Positions 1-12,382 are shown, numbered from the stretch's first letter. The stretch is 64,000 nt of DNA from Candidatus Bathyarchaeota archaeon (GCA_963806535.1 CAWDYC010000008.1:64001-128000); one strand, 5' to 3'. The notes: generated from the sequence alone by a model not told the origin. Translations and numbers: made by a program.

Positions 1-350
1 TGGAGTGGACTCGAAAGCCTGAGGCGGAAATTGAAAAACGCGTATCTGAATTGCTAGAAACGGTTGGTTTGCAGCATCGAGCAAATCATTTTCCTTCGCA
101 ACTTAGCGGAGGAGAACAACAAAGAGTAGCTTTCGCTAGGGCGTTAGCCAATGACCCGCAGCTGATTCTCGCAGATGAGCCTACAGGCAATTTAGACACA
201 AAAAACGCTCAAAAAATAATTCAGGTTCTCCAAATATTGAAGGCACAGGGAAAAACAATTATTGTTTCTACCCATGACATGCAAATAACACAGTTGGCTG
301 ACCAAGTTTTGTGCCTCAAAGAAGGCAGATTGGCGAGCGAAAATGAGTAG
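1..350 (+). CDS. ABC transporter ATP-binding protein (LolD/MacB-like), 5' truncated by window edge
   Basis: [15 protein letters not shown] signature, [11 protein letters not shown] Walker B/D-loop, H-loop STHD. Confidence 0.9.
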   Translation, partial: EWTRKPEAEIEKRVSELLETVGLQHRANHFPSQLSGGEQQRVAFARALANDPQLILADEPTGNLDTKNAQKIIQVLQILKAQGKTIIVSTHDMQITQLADQVLCLKEGRLASENE

Positions 351-2224
351 CGCTGGTTTTCCAATCAACGATTTACTTCGAAGGAAACTTCAGACAAGCC
401 TCACAATCGCAACTTTAACGTTGAGTGTTGCTTCTACATTGTTTCTTTTGCTTTTTAGCAGCCGTTTAGGATATAATGTAGCCTCAGCTACTGGGGTATT
501 TAACTCAAGGCTTAGACGCTATTCTTTCTCAATTCATGCTTTTCATTGGCATATTGATTTTTGCAGTTGGCGCAGTTTTAACAGCATTTATTGCTTTTTT
601 GATGATGGCTCAAAGAACCCGCGATTTCGGCTTAATGAAGGCCGCAGGATGCCCAAATAGTCTCGTTGGAGGCTATTTCATGACTGAACTTCTTGACAAC
701 AGCGTTTGCAGGATGCATATTGGGCATAGCTCTTGGTTTTTTAATGGATTATATTGCTGCTAATCTTGTTTTTTCTTCATATCTAGATGCCTAATTTCTG
801 GTTTGCACCACTGATTTTTATTGTTTTTTTGGTTCTTGCAGTCATTGTTGGTCTTCAGCCAATCCTTAAAGCTGCCAAGATGTCTCCTGTAGATGCGCTT
901 TCACCCGTGCAGTATTACGGTTTAATCACGACAAACAAACATAAGGCAGTATCAAATTCAGCGTTAACATGGAGAATTGCGTCAAGAAGCTCTATTTCGT
1001 CGGCAATCTGCAACTATTCGAATCGTTGTTTTGCTTTCAATAGTCTTTATTTTGCTTACAGTTTCGGTTGCAGGAGGAATCATTGCTAACGGCACCACTA
1101 CATCGTGGGTTCAAAACACTGTTGATAAAAACACAATCGCAATAGCCGATAACAACATGGGAAATCAGTACAAACTACTCTTATCAAAGTTTTCAGGAGC
1201 CACAGAAACAGGTGAATTTAACTATTCAGACCCAAACTTAGCCATTCCACAGACTGTTATCGAACAGTTAAGCAGCTCTTCCAAGTGTTAGTTTAGTTGA
1301 TTCACGCTTGATTTTGAAAGAACACGTTCAAGAAATCTCCAATTTCACTAGTTGACTATGAAACTCAGACAACATATTCTGTGGGTGATAGTAGACAAGG
1401 TGACTTCGCTGGTTATCGGCGTTAACCCGGAAAAACTTGCAGGCACATGGTTCACGCAAGGACGGTTTTTAGCTCAAAACGATGGTTTAAAAGCAGTTGT
1501 TGGCGACACGGTAGCCAACACAATGTATTCAGTCGACCGCAGCAAAGGCATAACAGATATCCAATGCCTTAGATGAAAGCATAGAGTTTCAAAACAACAC
1601 TTTTAACATCGTTGGCATCTGCACCGATCCAACAAATAATGGTTTAGTCGTCTACGTTCCAATTCAAACATTAATGAATATCACAGGTTGCAGCCCAAAT
1701 TTGCTGCTGGTAACGCTGAACAATTCAACTGACCACTCAACCACTATTACACAAATTAAAACATTAATTCAATCGAGCAGATCCCAACTTGAATGTTTTT
1801 CCACTTGACAGTATTATTCAAAAGAACACTAATTTTTTAGCTTCAACTTGGCAAACTATAATGCTTCTGCCACTTTTCACGTTGGTTTCGGCCGCGCTTT
1901 GCTTAGTGGGTTACATGATGCTTGCGGTAGATGAGCAACATCAAGAATTCGCTGTTTTACGGGCTGTTGGAGCTAAACCAAAAATAGTTGTTGTTCATTT
2001 TAGCAATTCAAAGCGTGATTGTCCTGCTTTCAAGCTTCGGGGTTGGAGTATCACTCGGCACCATCATAACTTTGATTATTTTAATCCAGCAACCACTAGT
2101 TACAAGCGTCACTATCCTAGAGATAACCGGTTGGTTTCTTGCAGCTTTAGCTGGAATGTTCATTTTTAGCCTTTATCCAGCTTTCAGGCTTGCGAAAGCT
2201 TCAATCTTAAAAATTATGACTTAA
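343..2224 (+). CDS. ABC transporter permease, FtsX/MacB family (split by several frameshifts)
   Basis: Consecutive ORF fragments with two FtsX-type motifs (QRTRDFGLMKAAG; EQHQEFAVLRAVGAK) and many TM segments; overlaps the ATPase stop. Confidence 0.8.
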
Positions 2225-2296
2225 ACTCTGAAAGGCCTCAGCAGTTGCATTAGAAAGCATTTATGAAAGTTAAGTGTTAAAAATACTGAGGAAACT

Positions 2297-2880
2297 GTGA
2301 TGTCTGAACAAATAAGAAGCTTCATAGCGTTTGACTTGGAAAATGAGCAAGTGCTAAACAGGCTCACGCAAGCGCAGAAACTTGTTCTTGAAACAGGCGC
2401 CGACCTAAGACCTGTGGCGCCACAGAACATTCATGTAACTATTCGTTTTCTCGGCGACATAAGCCCAGGCATGGTAGAGAAAGTTTACGAAGCCATGAAA
2501 AAAGTCGAGTTCAAACCTTTCACCATTCAAATTCGGGGTTTAGGCGTTTTTCCGAGCCTAAATTATCCCCAGAGTTGTTTGGGCAGGAATGACAGATGGC
2601 GTAGAACAACTCAGAAACATCTTTACCCAGCTTGAACCCCAAATACGTGCATTAGGATTTCAGGCGGATGCTTACGGTTTTAGCCCACACTTAACTATTG
2701 CACGGGTAAGAACAGGCGCAAACAAACAGCATCTAGCTGAATTTGTAACAAAAAAAGGTGATTTCGAATTTGGCACAATACAAGCCAACTGCCTGCGGCT
2801 TAAAAGAAGCCAGCTTTCGCCGAAAGGTCCAACTTACTCAACAATTAAAGAATATTGCCCAGAATACAGAAACAAAATGA
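2297..2880 (+). CDS. thpR: RNA 2',3'-cyclic phosphodiesterase (2H phosphoesterase, 2'-5' RNA ligase family), frameshifted; 3' end approximate
   Basis: N-terminal RSFIA; two HxT motifs (NIHVTIRFLG, FSPHLTIAR); directly upstream of cca. Confidence 0.88.
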
Positions 2881-2885
2881 TAGCC

Positions 2886-4313
2886 ATGCAAGAAATCCAA
2901 GCAGCTAACCAAGCAAGTGCTTGAGAAAATTACTCCAGCAAAAGAGGATCGCGCAAAAGTTGAAGCAATAACCCGCGAATTAGAGCTTAAAGTCACCTTA
3001 GCTTGTAAACAAGAAGGCATTCCAGGCAATTGTACGGGTAGAAGGCTCGGTTGCCAAAGACACATGGCTAAAGGAAAATCCTGATATTGACATTTTTATG
3101 CGGTTGCCAACTTCAATTCCAAGAAAAAACCTTGGCGATGTCGCATTAAGAATTGCTAAAAACGCGGCTGGTTCTTATAAGCAAATTGAACGTTTCGCTG
3201 AGCATCCGTATCTTCAATTAATCGTTGAAGATTACCGCGTTGACATTGTTCCATGTTACGATGCTAAGCCAGGCGAATGGCAAAGCGCCACTGACCGAAC
3301 ACCTTACCATACAGATTACATCAAAAAACATTTGGACAAGGACCTGCGCGGAGAAGTTCGGCTTTTAAAAAAATTCATGCAGAGCATAGGTGTTTATGGA
3401 GCAGAAATTAAAGTCGGCGGCTTCAGCGGCTACCTCTGCGAATTATTAATAATGAAGTATCGCTCGTTCACCCAAACAATCGAAGCCTTCGCACGCTACA
3501 ATAAACGCGTCATAGTTGACATCGAAAACTTTTATGCAAATAGGGAAAATGATCTGTCACTGCTTTTTCCTGAGCCCTTAGTGATTGTTGACCCAGTTGA
3601 CAAAGGAAGAAACGTGGCTTCAGCCGTGCAACCAAACAAACTATACGATTTTATTGGTGCAGCCAGAGCATTCCTAAAAAAACCTGACCAAGCCTTCTTT
3701 TATCCACCAAAAACAAAAGCATTATCGATTGCAAAGATTGAGAAGTCATCTTGAAAACCGCGGTTCATCAACTATTTTTTTAGTTATCGAACCAAATCAA
3801 TGCTGTTCCAGACGTTTTATGGGGGCAACTCTACAAAACAAAACGTTCCCTGCACAAACTAATCGAGCTCAGTGATTACAAAATCCTAAAAGATACAGTT
3901 TGGAGCAATGAAACAACAGTCAGCATCTTCATTTTTGAGCTTGACCAGCAAGTTTTGCCAAACATAAAAAAACATCTTGGACCACCACTTGAACGAGAAA
4001 TTGAAGGAGAAAATTTCTTAGCAAAATACACTGACAACAAAACGGTGATTTCTGGACCCTACATTGAGGATGGACGCTGGATGGTTATGGTGCCACGGAA
4101 AACAATTGATGTGAGTTGGCCTTTTGAAAGATAAGACTTGCCGATGGAGGCAAAAACGCTGGGGTCGCTGAACTAATTGCCAAATCAATCCAGAAAAATC
4201 TCAGGGTTCTAGTTAATGCAGAAATACGTTCAGTGTATTAGGAAAATGCTGATTTTGCAGAATTCTTGACTGATTTTCTCTTGGGAAAACCATTTTGGCT
4301 AAAAGTCCAGTAA
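2886..4313 (+). CDS. cca: Archaeal class I CCA-adding enzyme (several frameshifts and one in-frame TAG)
   Basis: EGSVAKDTWL..NPDIDIF, FAEHPY, VDIVPCY, SATDRTPYHT, GGFSGYLCELLI, DPVDKGRNVASA; C-terminus GKPFWLKVQ ends 4313. Confidence 0.9.
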
Positions 4314-4323
4314 GTGCATTGGT

Positions 4324-4917
4324 ATGTCAGATAATTATTGGGAAACCGCTTATGAAACCGGTGAATACAAGCACTGGGAGTTTAATTATCCTTCACCCGA
4401 GCTGATTGCCCTTTCAGCTGCTAACATTCCCCGGAGAAACGCGAAGGTTCTTGATGTTGGATCAGGAGGAGGTACCGACGCAATCTTCATGGCTCAACGT
4501 GGATTCAACGTCACAGGGATCGATATCAGCGCAGCAGCTCTTAAAATTGCAGAAAAAAGAGCGAAAAAAGCCCAAGTCGAAGTCAATTGGCTCCGAGGGA
4601 ACGTTCTTGACTTACCCATATACAACGGGACTATTGATTTTATCACCGACCGAGGATTATTCCATCACATCGATGATCATAACCGCGCCAAATATGCTTC
4701 AGAATTTTTTCGAATATTAAGAAACGGAGGACATGCAATCATAAGAGGAAAGAGTAAAGAAACAGCTCATAACCAATTCAACCCCGTAACTGAAGAATCG
4801 ATAGACAAATATTTTTCTAAAGCCAAATTTAGCAGAGGCCCAGTTTTAGCAATTCCACTCTTTTCCGTTGAGGGTTCGATGGATGCAAGAATCGTAATGC
4901 TCCAGAAAAAGAAATAA
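4324..4917 (+). CDS. Class I SAM-dependent methyltransferase
   Basis: VLDVGSGGG motif I, GIDIS, DRGLFHHI. Confidence 0.85.
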   Translation: MSDNYWETAYETGEYKHWEFNYPSPELIALSAANIPRRNAKVLDVGSGGGTDAIFMAQRGFNVTGIDISAAALKIAEKRAKKAQVEVNWLRGNVLDLPIYNGTIDFITDRGLFHHIDDHNRAKYASEFFRILRNGGHAIIRGKSKETAHNQFNPVTEESIDKYFSKAKFSRGPVLAIPLFSVEGSMDARIVMLQKKK

Positions 4918-4930
4918 GAATGACTCAAAT

Positions 4931-6095
4931 TTACTGCGTCACGGAGTGGTACCAGCTGATTATGTATTCGGGAAGATTTAAGTCCTCTTTGTCCAAGACG
5001 TTCAGCCAGTTTAACTGGCACTGGACTCAACACGTAGGCTGCTCTTGTGTAGAAGCGTCTTGGAGTAAGCGGTTTTGCTTCTTCTGGCAAAATGATTTTG
5101 AGGTCAGCTTTTTTGGCAAGTGTTGATTCTGCCGAGTTTGTTATTGCGAAATACGGTTCCAGCGAATTTTTTGATTACATCTGCCCAGATGATTACGGGT
5201 CTTGTTTCGCCTGAATATGACAGGAGAATTTCAAGGTCGCCTGCTCTTGGATGCGGAGTGTTAACGCCTCTTGTTATGTACACGTTGTCACCTAGGAAAC
5301 TTTTAATGTGGAAAAGTCTTACGCCTGTCATTTTGGCGATTTCGTTAGCCGTGCCTTTTCCGCCTAGAAACACGTTTGTTCGTTTTTCAAGGATATCAAC
5401 AAGCGTTGTGTACGTTTCAGAATTAACGTTTGAATCTATCATTTCACCGATTTTCTCGAATTCTTCAACACAAAGCCGAAAAACATCGTCAACTTCAAGA
5501 TTTCGGAAAATGGCTTCAATCATACTATTCAAAAGTTCAAGTGTACCTAACTCGAAGATGTCGCCCATCATACCTGTTTCGCTGTATTCAGTGCCGGGTT
5601 TTGATTTGCCACGTCCCTTAAGCTCAACCACGTTGCCATATTTGCTGCATATTTCTCCTAAAGGCGACGATAAAGCAGATGTGAAAAGACCCATGGAAAA
5701 CTTGTTTGATTTCTTTTCCTCAATGTACTTAGCTAAATCTTGAGCCATAACTAAGGGGTCATCCGAATATCCGCTTCCAGAATTTATCAAAAGTAAAGTC
5801 TTCTTGTAACGCCTGCCCAAATCAGCGGCTGCATCATACATGCTTTTTCCTGGAAAACCTGGATCGTCAGGAGTTAAAACCACTTTATTTCGCCAACCAA
5901 CTTGGCTCAAAGCAATTTGACTTAAAGCAGCGTTTAAGGAGTAGAGTGATCTGCCTGATCCTCCGCAGATTACACAGTCAGCTGCTTTTAGATCCTCATA
6001 TAAGGGTGAGAGTTCTCTTTCTTTTAATACTCAAAATGTTTTCTTGGATTTTGTTGACGTATCCGATGCTGCTGATTTTGCTTTTGATTACAACC
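4931..6095 (-). CDS. Tandem SIS-domain sugar-phosphate isomerase-like protein (Phi/HxlB-related), frameshifted; start approximate
   Basis: First module ICGGSGRS...LLINSGSG; second module FLGGKG...LLSYSGET; C-terminus LPEYIISWYHSVTQ in a shifted frame. Confidence 0.65.
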
Positions 6096-6280
6096 GCACC
6101 TTCAGTTCAAACATGATTTACCGATTCTCTATATTATCCTTGTGCTTGCTAGAATGCAAAAATATCAAGTATCCATTAATCGCTTACTTGCCAGCACGCA
6201 GTTAACGAAGAATTTATCTAAAAATTCTCTAAAAGTTTATATCAAAAGAAAACGCTCACGCAAGAGATAAGTGAAAATCA

Positions 6281-6918
6281 ATGTCAACTCAAACAGGCAC
6301 AGAAAAATTTCAGTTTCTAACCAAACTTAGCTTTAGAGAAAGGGGCTGCAGACGCAAAAATCATTCCAACAAGCAAAGTAGTTGTTGAAGACCGTGTGGT
6401 TCTCAAATGCAAAGTCGGCTGCAATCATTACGGAAAAACATTAGCTTGCCCACCTTACACACCATCAGCGGAAGAATTTAGAAAAATCAGTTAGCGAATA
6501 CAGCTATGCCATGTTCATGAAGTTCAAATCAACTGCGGAAGCCGAACCTGAAGTACTCAAAAAACTTATGGTGGCTGAAACCGATCCCACAGTTCCGAAA
6601 GAAATCAAGGAGAAAGCAGCAAAGTTTTGGGCAGACTGGAAAGATGACAAACGCAAAATGCTGCAATCAGTAGTTGATTTGGAGAAGGCAGCGATGAACA
6701 AAGGCTACAGCTTAGCCATATCTTTTGTTTCAGGTCACTGTCAACTCTGCGAAAAATGCAATACAGAAACAAAGATTTGTGCTCATCCTAATTTGGCTCG
6801 TTGGTCTGAGGATGCGGTCGGAGTGAACGTGAAAAAAACTGCAGCTAACGCTGGGATCGAAGTTACTTTTCCATTTGCGAAGACTCCTGAGTCATTCGCG
6901 CTGCTTCTTATAGATTAG
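6281..6918 (+). CDS. DUF2284-like metal-binding protein, frameshifted
   Basis: LKCKVGCNHYGKTLACPPY and GHCQLCEKC...CAHPNLAR.SEDAVGVNV motifs. Confidence 0.8.
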
Positions 6919-6945
6919 AATGATTCTTTGTTATTGTTTGCTTTT

Positions 6946-7342
6946 TTAATTAGGTGGCTTTGCTCGCTGAATTAAGTCATAAAGATTGCCGTAGAGGTCT
7001 TCAAAAACCACTTCTATGCCCCACATTTGCTTCGTTGGTTCTCCATAGAATTTGACGCCTTTCGCTTTCATGGCTTCGTAATCTCGTTTGCAATCATCGG
7101 TCTGCAAAGTCATGAAAACGTGGTCCCCCGCCTGTTTTCCCAACGCTTTTAGCTTCTCTTCCGTATTGGCCAAAACAAAAGTTAATTCCAAATCTGGCTG
7201 GTCTTTTGGCGAAACAGTAACCCAACGCATGTCTTCTCCAAACTTGGTCATCTCGGCATTTTTGGAAACCCAATTTTTCAACGTAAAAACTTAGTGCTTC
7301 ATCAAAATCCTTGACAAGAAGTGTTATGTGACCTATCTTCAT
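6946..7342 (-). CDS. VOC/glyoxalase family protein, frameshifted
   Basis: IGHITLLVKDFDEALSFYVEKLGF...RWVTVSP...WGIEVVFEDLYGNLYDL. Confidence 0.88.
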
Positions 7343-7408
7343 CTGATTTTACCCTCAAATTAGTTGAATTGAAAAATTGAAAGAAAAATGTTTGCCTAAG
7401 CTAAGAAC

Positions 7409-8161
7409 TTAGGAAGTGTCAAAGGGAGATTTTAAGGCAGTTACAACTTCAACTGGTGAGTCTTCGCCTGATTTTAGCCGTTTCTTCCATTCTTCTCCTA
7501 CAGCGATTAGTGAGAAGATGCCTGAAACTTCAGCCTTCGACTTCTTTACGAGAGTTACGAGTGCTTCTTGTGTTTCGCCGCTTTTAATCATGTCATCTAC
7601 GATTAGGACGCTGTCGCGTTTTTTGATGGCTTCTTTGGGAATGTAGAGTGTTACGGTTACGCCTGAATCTCTTCCTAAAACAAATGTCTCATCGAGGAAG
7701 GCTTTGACGCCGACTTCTTTGTTGCGTTTTGCCACAATAAGGTTAACTCCCAAAGCGTTGGCGACCATGGTGGCTAATGGAATTCCATCAACTGCTGCAG
7801 TTAAAACTTTGGTAACTCTTTTGCCTGCAAAATTTGCTAGTGCATGGTTTGCTGCTTGCTGTAAAATGTTGTAGTCACCGACGATTTCCGTGTTGTCGAA
7901 GTAGCCGATGTCGTCAAATTTTATTCGGCTCCGCAGTTCTGCTTCTAAGCCGACCATTTTGGTGAGGACTCGCCAGAGTTGTTTGGCTCTTGTCGTGTTT
8001 GGTAACACGTGGCCTTTTGCGTATCGGCTAAGTACAGTGACTGGTAATCCTGTTTTTGATGCTAATTCTCGATAAGTAATATTTCGTTTATATTTTGCTG
8101 TTCTTAGCAGTTCGATTGTCATTAAACGAAGTTTCAAATCTTCTGCGTGAGTGCTCATCAA
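7409..8161 (-). CDS. HTH plus phosphoribosyltransferase-domain protein (archaeal Apt/PurR-like regulator)
   Basis: N-terminal HTH TYRELASKTGLPVTVLSRY; PRPP-binding VLIVDDMIKSGET. Confidence 0.82.
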   Translation of the reverse strand: MMSTHAEDLKLRLMTIELLRTAKYKRNITYRELASKTGLPVTVLSRYAKGHVLPNTTRAKQLWRVLTKMVGLEAELRSRIKFDDIGYFDNTEIVGDYNILQQAANHALANFAGKRVTKVLTAAVDGIPLATMVANALGVNLIVAKRNKEVGVKAFLDETFVLGRDSGVTVTLYIPKEAIKKRDSVLIVDDMIKSGETQEALVTLVKKSKAEVSGIFSLIAVGEEWKKRLKSGEDSPVEVVTALKSPFDTS

Positions 8162-8341
8162 TTAACCCTCAATTCACACTTATGTATATTTACTTGTTAT
8201 TGTAGCTTGCCAATTTATAGCTTTCTGATTAAAACAAACAAGGAATAATTGTTGGTCAGAAAGCCTGATTTAGCAACTTTTTCTATTTGTGCATTAAACT
8301 TTTTAGATAGTAAGTGAAGTCCTATATCAAAAGGGGGACTA

Positions 8342-8887
8342 TTGATGCAGAAGCTCAGCCAATTATTCATGACCGCGCTCTTCGGCTCAATCATTTTCGT
8401 AGTCAACGTTTTTCTGCCTCCCCCATTGAACTATGTTTTAATCGTAGTTGAAGCAGTTCTTCTCGCATTAAGCGGATTATTTATCAGTAAATTAGGCGCT
8501 ACCTATGTGGGAGCAGTTGGAGGTCTCTTAACAGCTCTGGGAAATCCAGCTTTGGGCCCTTTCACCTTTTTCTTTACCCTCTTGTTTGGAGTTTTTGTCG
8601 ATGTATTCTTGTTCGTTTTCAAAATCAACGCTTCCCGCGAAGGCGTAAACCGCAACAGACTGATGGCTGCTATGGCTGTGAGCACCATGTTAATTGGGGT
8701 TTTAAGTTACTCGGCTTTTGCGATGTTTCCACAGTTCATTCCTTTTGCGAAGGGCGCAGGCTTATTTATTCAAAGAAGCACGATGCTTGATGCCTTGGTT
8801 TTGTTTATGGGTCCAGCTACTGGCAGTGTAGCAGGCTACGCTGCTTCCTACCTGTGGAACAAATATCTCCGCCATGTACTCATTTAA
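8342..8887 (+). CDS. Integral membrane protein (possible ECF S-component-like)
   Basis: 181 aa with about five hydrophobic segments; divergent from the HTH-PRT gene. Confidence 0.6.
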   Translation: MMQKLSQLFMTALFGSIIFVVNVFLPPPLNYVLIVVEAVLLALSGLFISKLGATYVGAVGGLLTALGNPALGPFTFFFTLLFGVFVDVFLFVFKINASREGVNRNRLMAAMAVSTMLIGVLSYSAFAMFPQFIPFAKGAGLFIQRSTMLDALVLFMGPATGSVAGYAASYLWNKYLRHVLI

Positions 8888-9150
8888 AGAGCTGCTTAAT
8901 TTTCTCGTCAACCAATTTGGCAATCATCAAATTAGAAATAAAAACACACTTAACACCCAAGCAGCTCAGCCAACTCTGCGGGTTTTTGGTCCTGAGTAAC
9001 AAGAATCAAATTGTTTTTTCCAGCGTATTCCACTATATCTCGATCTTTTGCACTTTTCAAACCTGATTCCTGAGCAGTCAGCACTTCGTAGCCTAAGGTT
9101 TCAAAATATTCTTTCAAGCCGGCGTACATTTCGTCAAGTAAAATCTTCAT
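8880..9150 (-). CDS. DUF5615/Mut7-C PIN-like small protein, frameshifted near the C-terminus
   Basis: MKILLDEM...AKDRDIVEYA...ILVTQD motif. Confidence 0.75.
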
Positions 9151-9332
9151 ATCGCTTCGCTACTCATCTTATCTGATTAGAATACTTAGGTTTAACTTAT
9201 GTATAATTGCCAATGGGTCTTTAATTCATAAATCAAAAACAAACCAGAACACAAACAACAAAAATAATGAGAAAAGTGTTAGGTTGGTCAGGCTCTCAAC
9301 GATTTTTACGATTCAAGTTGGTAGCGCCTAGA

Positions 9333-9468
9333 CCTTATTGGACCTTTCCAGACCTTTTTAGACCTTGCCGAACCTTTTAAAACCGCAACCTGCAAAAGAT
9401 TTAAGTTTTATTTCAAAAAAACAGCTCAAAACACAAAAAAAAATTGCACAAAATACCGTCAATAACTG
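9333..9468 (+). repeat. Phased 10-mer/core repeat element, locus 1 (one clear unit; degenerate units possible at ~9208-9270 and ~9506-9580)
   Basis: ccttattgga cctttccaga cctttttaga ccttgccgaa ccttttaaaa, then core ccgcaacctgca-N33-aaaacacaaa...tgcacaaaataccgtcaataactg. Confidence 0.85.
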
Positions 9469-9603
9469 ACTTCACAACTCAGCCTAACTTTATGAAGATT
9501 GTATTGAACCACCTGATCCCTAATAGATCTGATTCAGTTTAATTCAATGTTAATTACACAAAAAATTTTAAAAAGCAACCCGATATACTGTGACCTGAAA
9601 CTA

Positions 9604-11239
9604 ATGATAAACTCTCCAGTTAAACGGTTCATTTTGCCCTTTTCCCCGGAGAAAAGCAATGAACCAATCGCCTCAGAAGTCGAAGCAGCAGCGGTTTACT
9701 GCGCTTGCAGAGTTTGAAAGAAACAAAGGCGGAGGCTTAATCTTAAAACAGCCAGAAGAAAAACTCCATTTTATTGCGGAAATGGGTTATCCACTGTGGC
9801 TTTTTCCAAATAATCTGATTACCTACATTTTTGACGGCTTAAACAATTTCATCTATTCTATTCCTTATGTTGAATTGCCTACTGCAAAAGTTTTCATGGA
9901 GAACCTTGAGGTAAATTCTAAGACGCGGGAAGATTACATGGCTTTCCTCTCAGACAATAATAGTTATTTTCTGCAACCAATAAAAGAGAAAGAGTTCTCT
10001 CTGAGAAGTTTAATTGTTGATTCAGATTTTAAAAAAGAGTTTGATGTCTACCGTAAAGAAGCCAACAGAAGTTATAGGTCAATTTACAAAGATAGCTTTG
10101 CTGCCTCCGTCTCTTCAAGATGCAACAATTTCTTCAATGATATCTGAAATGAACAGTTTACAATCTTCACTTAAAGAAGATGCTGACAGGTTTCCTGAAT
10201 GCCTAAGACGCGTAAACAAAATAACTAGCCAATACATAACCGAGCTGGATTATGCAGCGGAAGCAGTAAAAGATGAAGCCGCAGCTAAAATCAAAGCTCA
10301 AGAAGAAATCATAAATCCACAAATCTTCAAGCTAAACAGCGAATGCAAACGTCAAATAGCAAAGATAACTGCTGACTTTGATGATGAAATAGATAAACTT
10401 GAAAAACTCAAAGCAAAAACATCAAAAATCGTAGACTTTGAAGAAAAAAAGCTCAAACAGTACGAACATAGCAGCAAAAGAACAAGCCGAACAGAACCAT
10501 TCAATTTATGAAAAAAGATGGAAATCAAAAAGTCGCGAAACCAAGAAAGAAATCAATGGACTTAAGAAAAGAGCTAAAGCAAATAGAAAACAACATTAAA
10601 CATTTAATCAAACAGAAAAATGAGAAAATCTCTGCCCTACGGTTTGAACTTGAAACTAATGTAAAGTTGGCTCGCCAACCATTGCTTGATCTTGAAACTG
10701 TATGTGACGCTAAAATGTTGATTTTTAAGCGAGAAACTGAAAAGTTGCTTAGCCGAGAAAAACCAATAGTTGAAGGGTTGAATCGTGCAATTAAATTGGC
10801 TGAAGGAGTCGTCGATGGTTTCCAAATGTTAGGTATTAGAAACCTACAATTGAATGGTCCAACTCTGTTTTATATCCCATTCTATGTTGCTTGTTATCAA
10901 ACCGGATCAGCAAATCGTTATCTTTTTCTGGCACCATCAATGACAAGTTCTGTTGGTTTTGCTGCGAAACTGAAGGGTGTAATGGGTATTTCGAAAATTA
11001 AAGAGATGTTTAATCCACGGTTCAAGGCTATTGCGACTTTTATTAACAAAGTTCAGGTGATAACTAATCAGAATAGTTTGATGGATCAACAAATTGTTGA
11101 TTTGGGTGAAAGAAATAATCTTTTGAAAAATGAGTTGATTCGCGTTAACATAGAAAAGGGATTAGTTTATTTGAAAGATGCAGGATGGCTTTCGGATCGT
11201 GAATATCAATCGTTAACAAATAGGTTAAATCAATATTAA
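9604..11239 (+). CDS. Hypothetical coiled-coil protein, frameshifted
   Basis: Collinear fragments 9659-10147, 10014-10511 and 10508-11239; long K/E-rich heptad region. Confidence 0.7.
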
Positions 11240-11310
11240 CCGATTTCGTCTTCTAAAAAGCCTTATTGCATCGACACTGTTTATCGTTTACAGAAAATGA
11301 ATTGAGATAA

Positions 11311-11730
11311 GTGATCAAAATGAAGAGATACACTGGCAAAACCGCAACGGCGATAATTCCATTTCCAAAGGACAAAATTGTGCTAATTAAACGAAATACT
11401 GTTCCCTTCAAGGGTTACTGGGGGTTGCCAGGCGGCAGAATGGATCCAGGCGAAACCATTGAGCAAACCGTTGTTCGAGAGGTAAAAGAGGAAACAGGAT
11501 TGGATGTTGAAATTGTCCGAAAAATAGGCGAATACATCGAGAAAGGAATCATGGATGATGTGGACTACGAGTACTACCCGACATGTTTTCTTGTTAAAGT
11601 GGTTGGGGGAGAAATGAAGCGGCAAGAAAGCGAAATCCAAGATATCCAGCTATTCAGCCTGCAGGAACTGCCTAAGCCATTGGGGTTCGAACATGATAAA
11701 ATGATTAATGATTACTTACTCGTAAAATAA
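11311..11730 (+). CDS. NUDIX hydrolase
   Basis: Nudix box PGGRMDPGETIEQTVVREVKEETGL. Confidence 0.93.
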   Translation: MIKMKRYTGKTATAIIPFPKDKIVLIKRNTVPFKGYWGLPGGRMDPGETIEQTVVREVKEETGLDVEIVRKIGEYIEKGIMDDVDYEYYPTCFLVKVVGGEMKRQESEIQDIQLFSLQELPKPLGFEHDKMINDYLLVK

Positions 11731-11762
11731 CGCCGTAGATTTCAGGTTTGCCTTACTTAGTT

Positions 11763-12182
11763 TTATTTTTGCAATTGTTTTTCTAAAGCTTTTCGTACTT
11801 CGGCAACGACCTCTGAGAAGTCTGCTTCTTTTTCAGGCTTCATGCCTTTCTTAGAAACTCTTGCTACGATTTGATAGCCTTTACCTGCTAACCTTTTTTC
11901 CATATTCTTCATGGTTCGCTCATTTCCAAATGCGCGGTAAGTGCAAAATAGAATAACTTTTTTGTCTTGGACCTGGGGCATGTTCTCGATGAAGGTTACT
12001 GTCTCTTTTGCTGGGCTGGCACCTTCAACAGGGGTGCCTAAGATTAGAAGGTCACAGTTTTCGATGGCTGACGGCTGTGCTGAGGCTAAATCGTAGATGG
12101 GTGCTTTTGTTGCGTCAGCTATTGCCTGGGCTAAGCGTTTGGTGTTTCCTGTTCTTGAAAAATAAACTACACAAACGTTCAT
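11763..12182 (-). CDS. Flavodoxin family protein
   Basis: FMN loop YFSRTGNTKRLA, LILGTP. Confidence 0.85.
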   Translation of the reverse strand: MNVCVVYFSRTGNTKRLAQAIADATKAPIYDLASAQPSAIENCDLLILGTPVEGASPAKETVTFIENMPQVQDKKVILFCTYRAFGNERTMKNMEKRLAGKGYQIVARVSKKGMKPEKEADFSEVVAEVRKALEKQLQK

Positions 12183-12382
12183 GGTTTAGAGTGCGCGTAC
12201 TTGGTTTAAATAACCTTCTATATAGAGCCGATGACGACATTCCTTACTGTATAATATTTGCGTTGAAAGAAGAAGCTCGGGGGAAGCACGCATCTTCTTC
12301 AAAACATTCTAAACAATACTTGAGTACATTTAAAAATCTCTTTTTCGTCAGAAAACTTGAAAACAAGAAGCATTGTTGTTAA

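Noticed and set aside
4239-4241. In-frame TAG near the end of cca as pyrrolysine or amber recoding
   Set aside because: TAG is the normal stop of several genes here (for example mtnA, sufB, the ALDH), no pyl genes are seen, and the assembly is error-rich.
5120-5743. Long antisense ORFs (this one and those inside the ATPases, glnA and EF-2)
   Set aside because: Shadow frames of well-supported genes, with no motifs of their own.
9333-9468. Replication origin (ORB) interpretation of the repeat elements
   Set aside because: No TCCA..GAAA/G-string ORB motif and no adjacent cdc6/orc1 gene.
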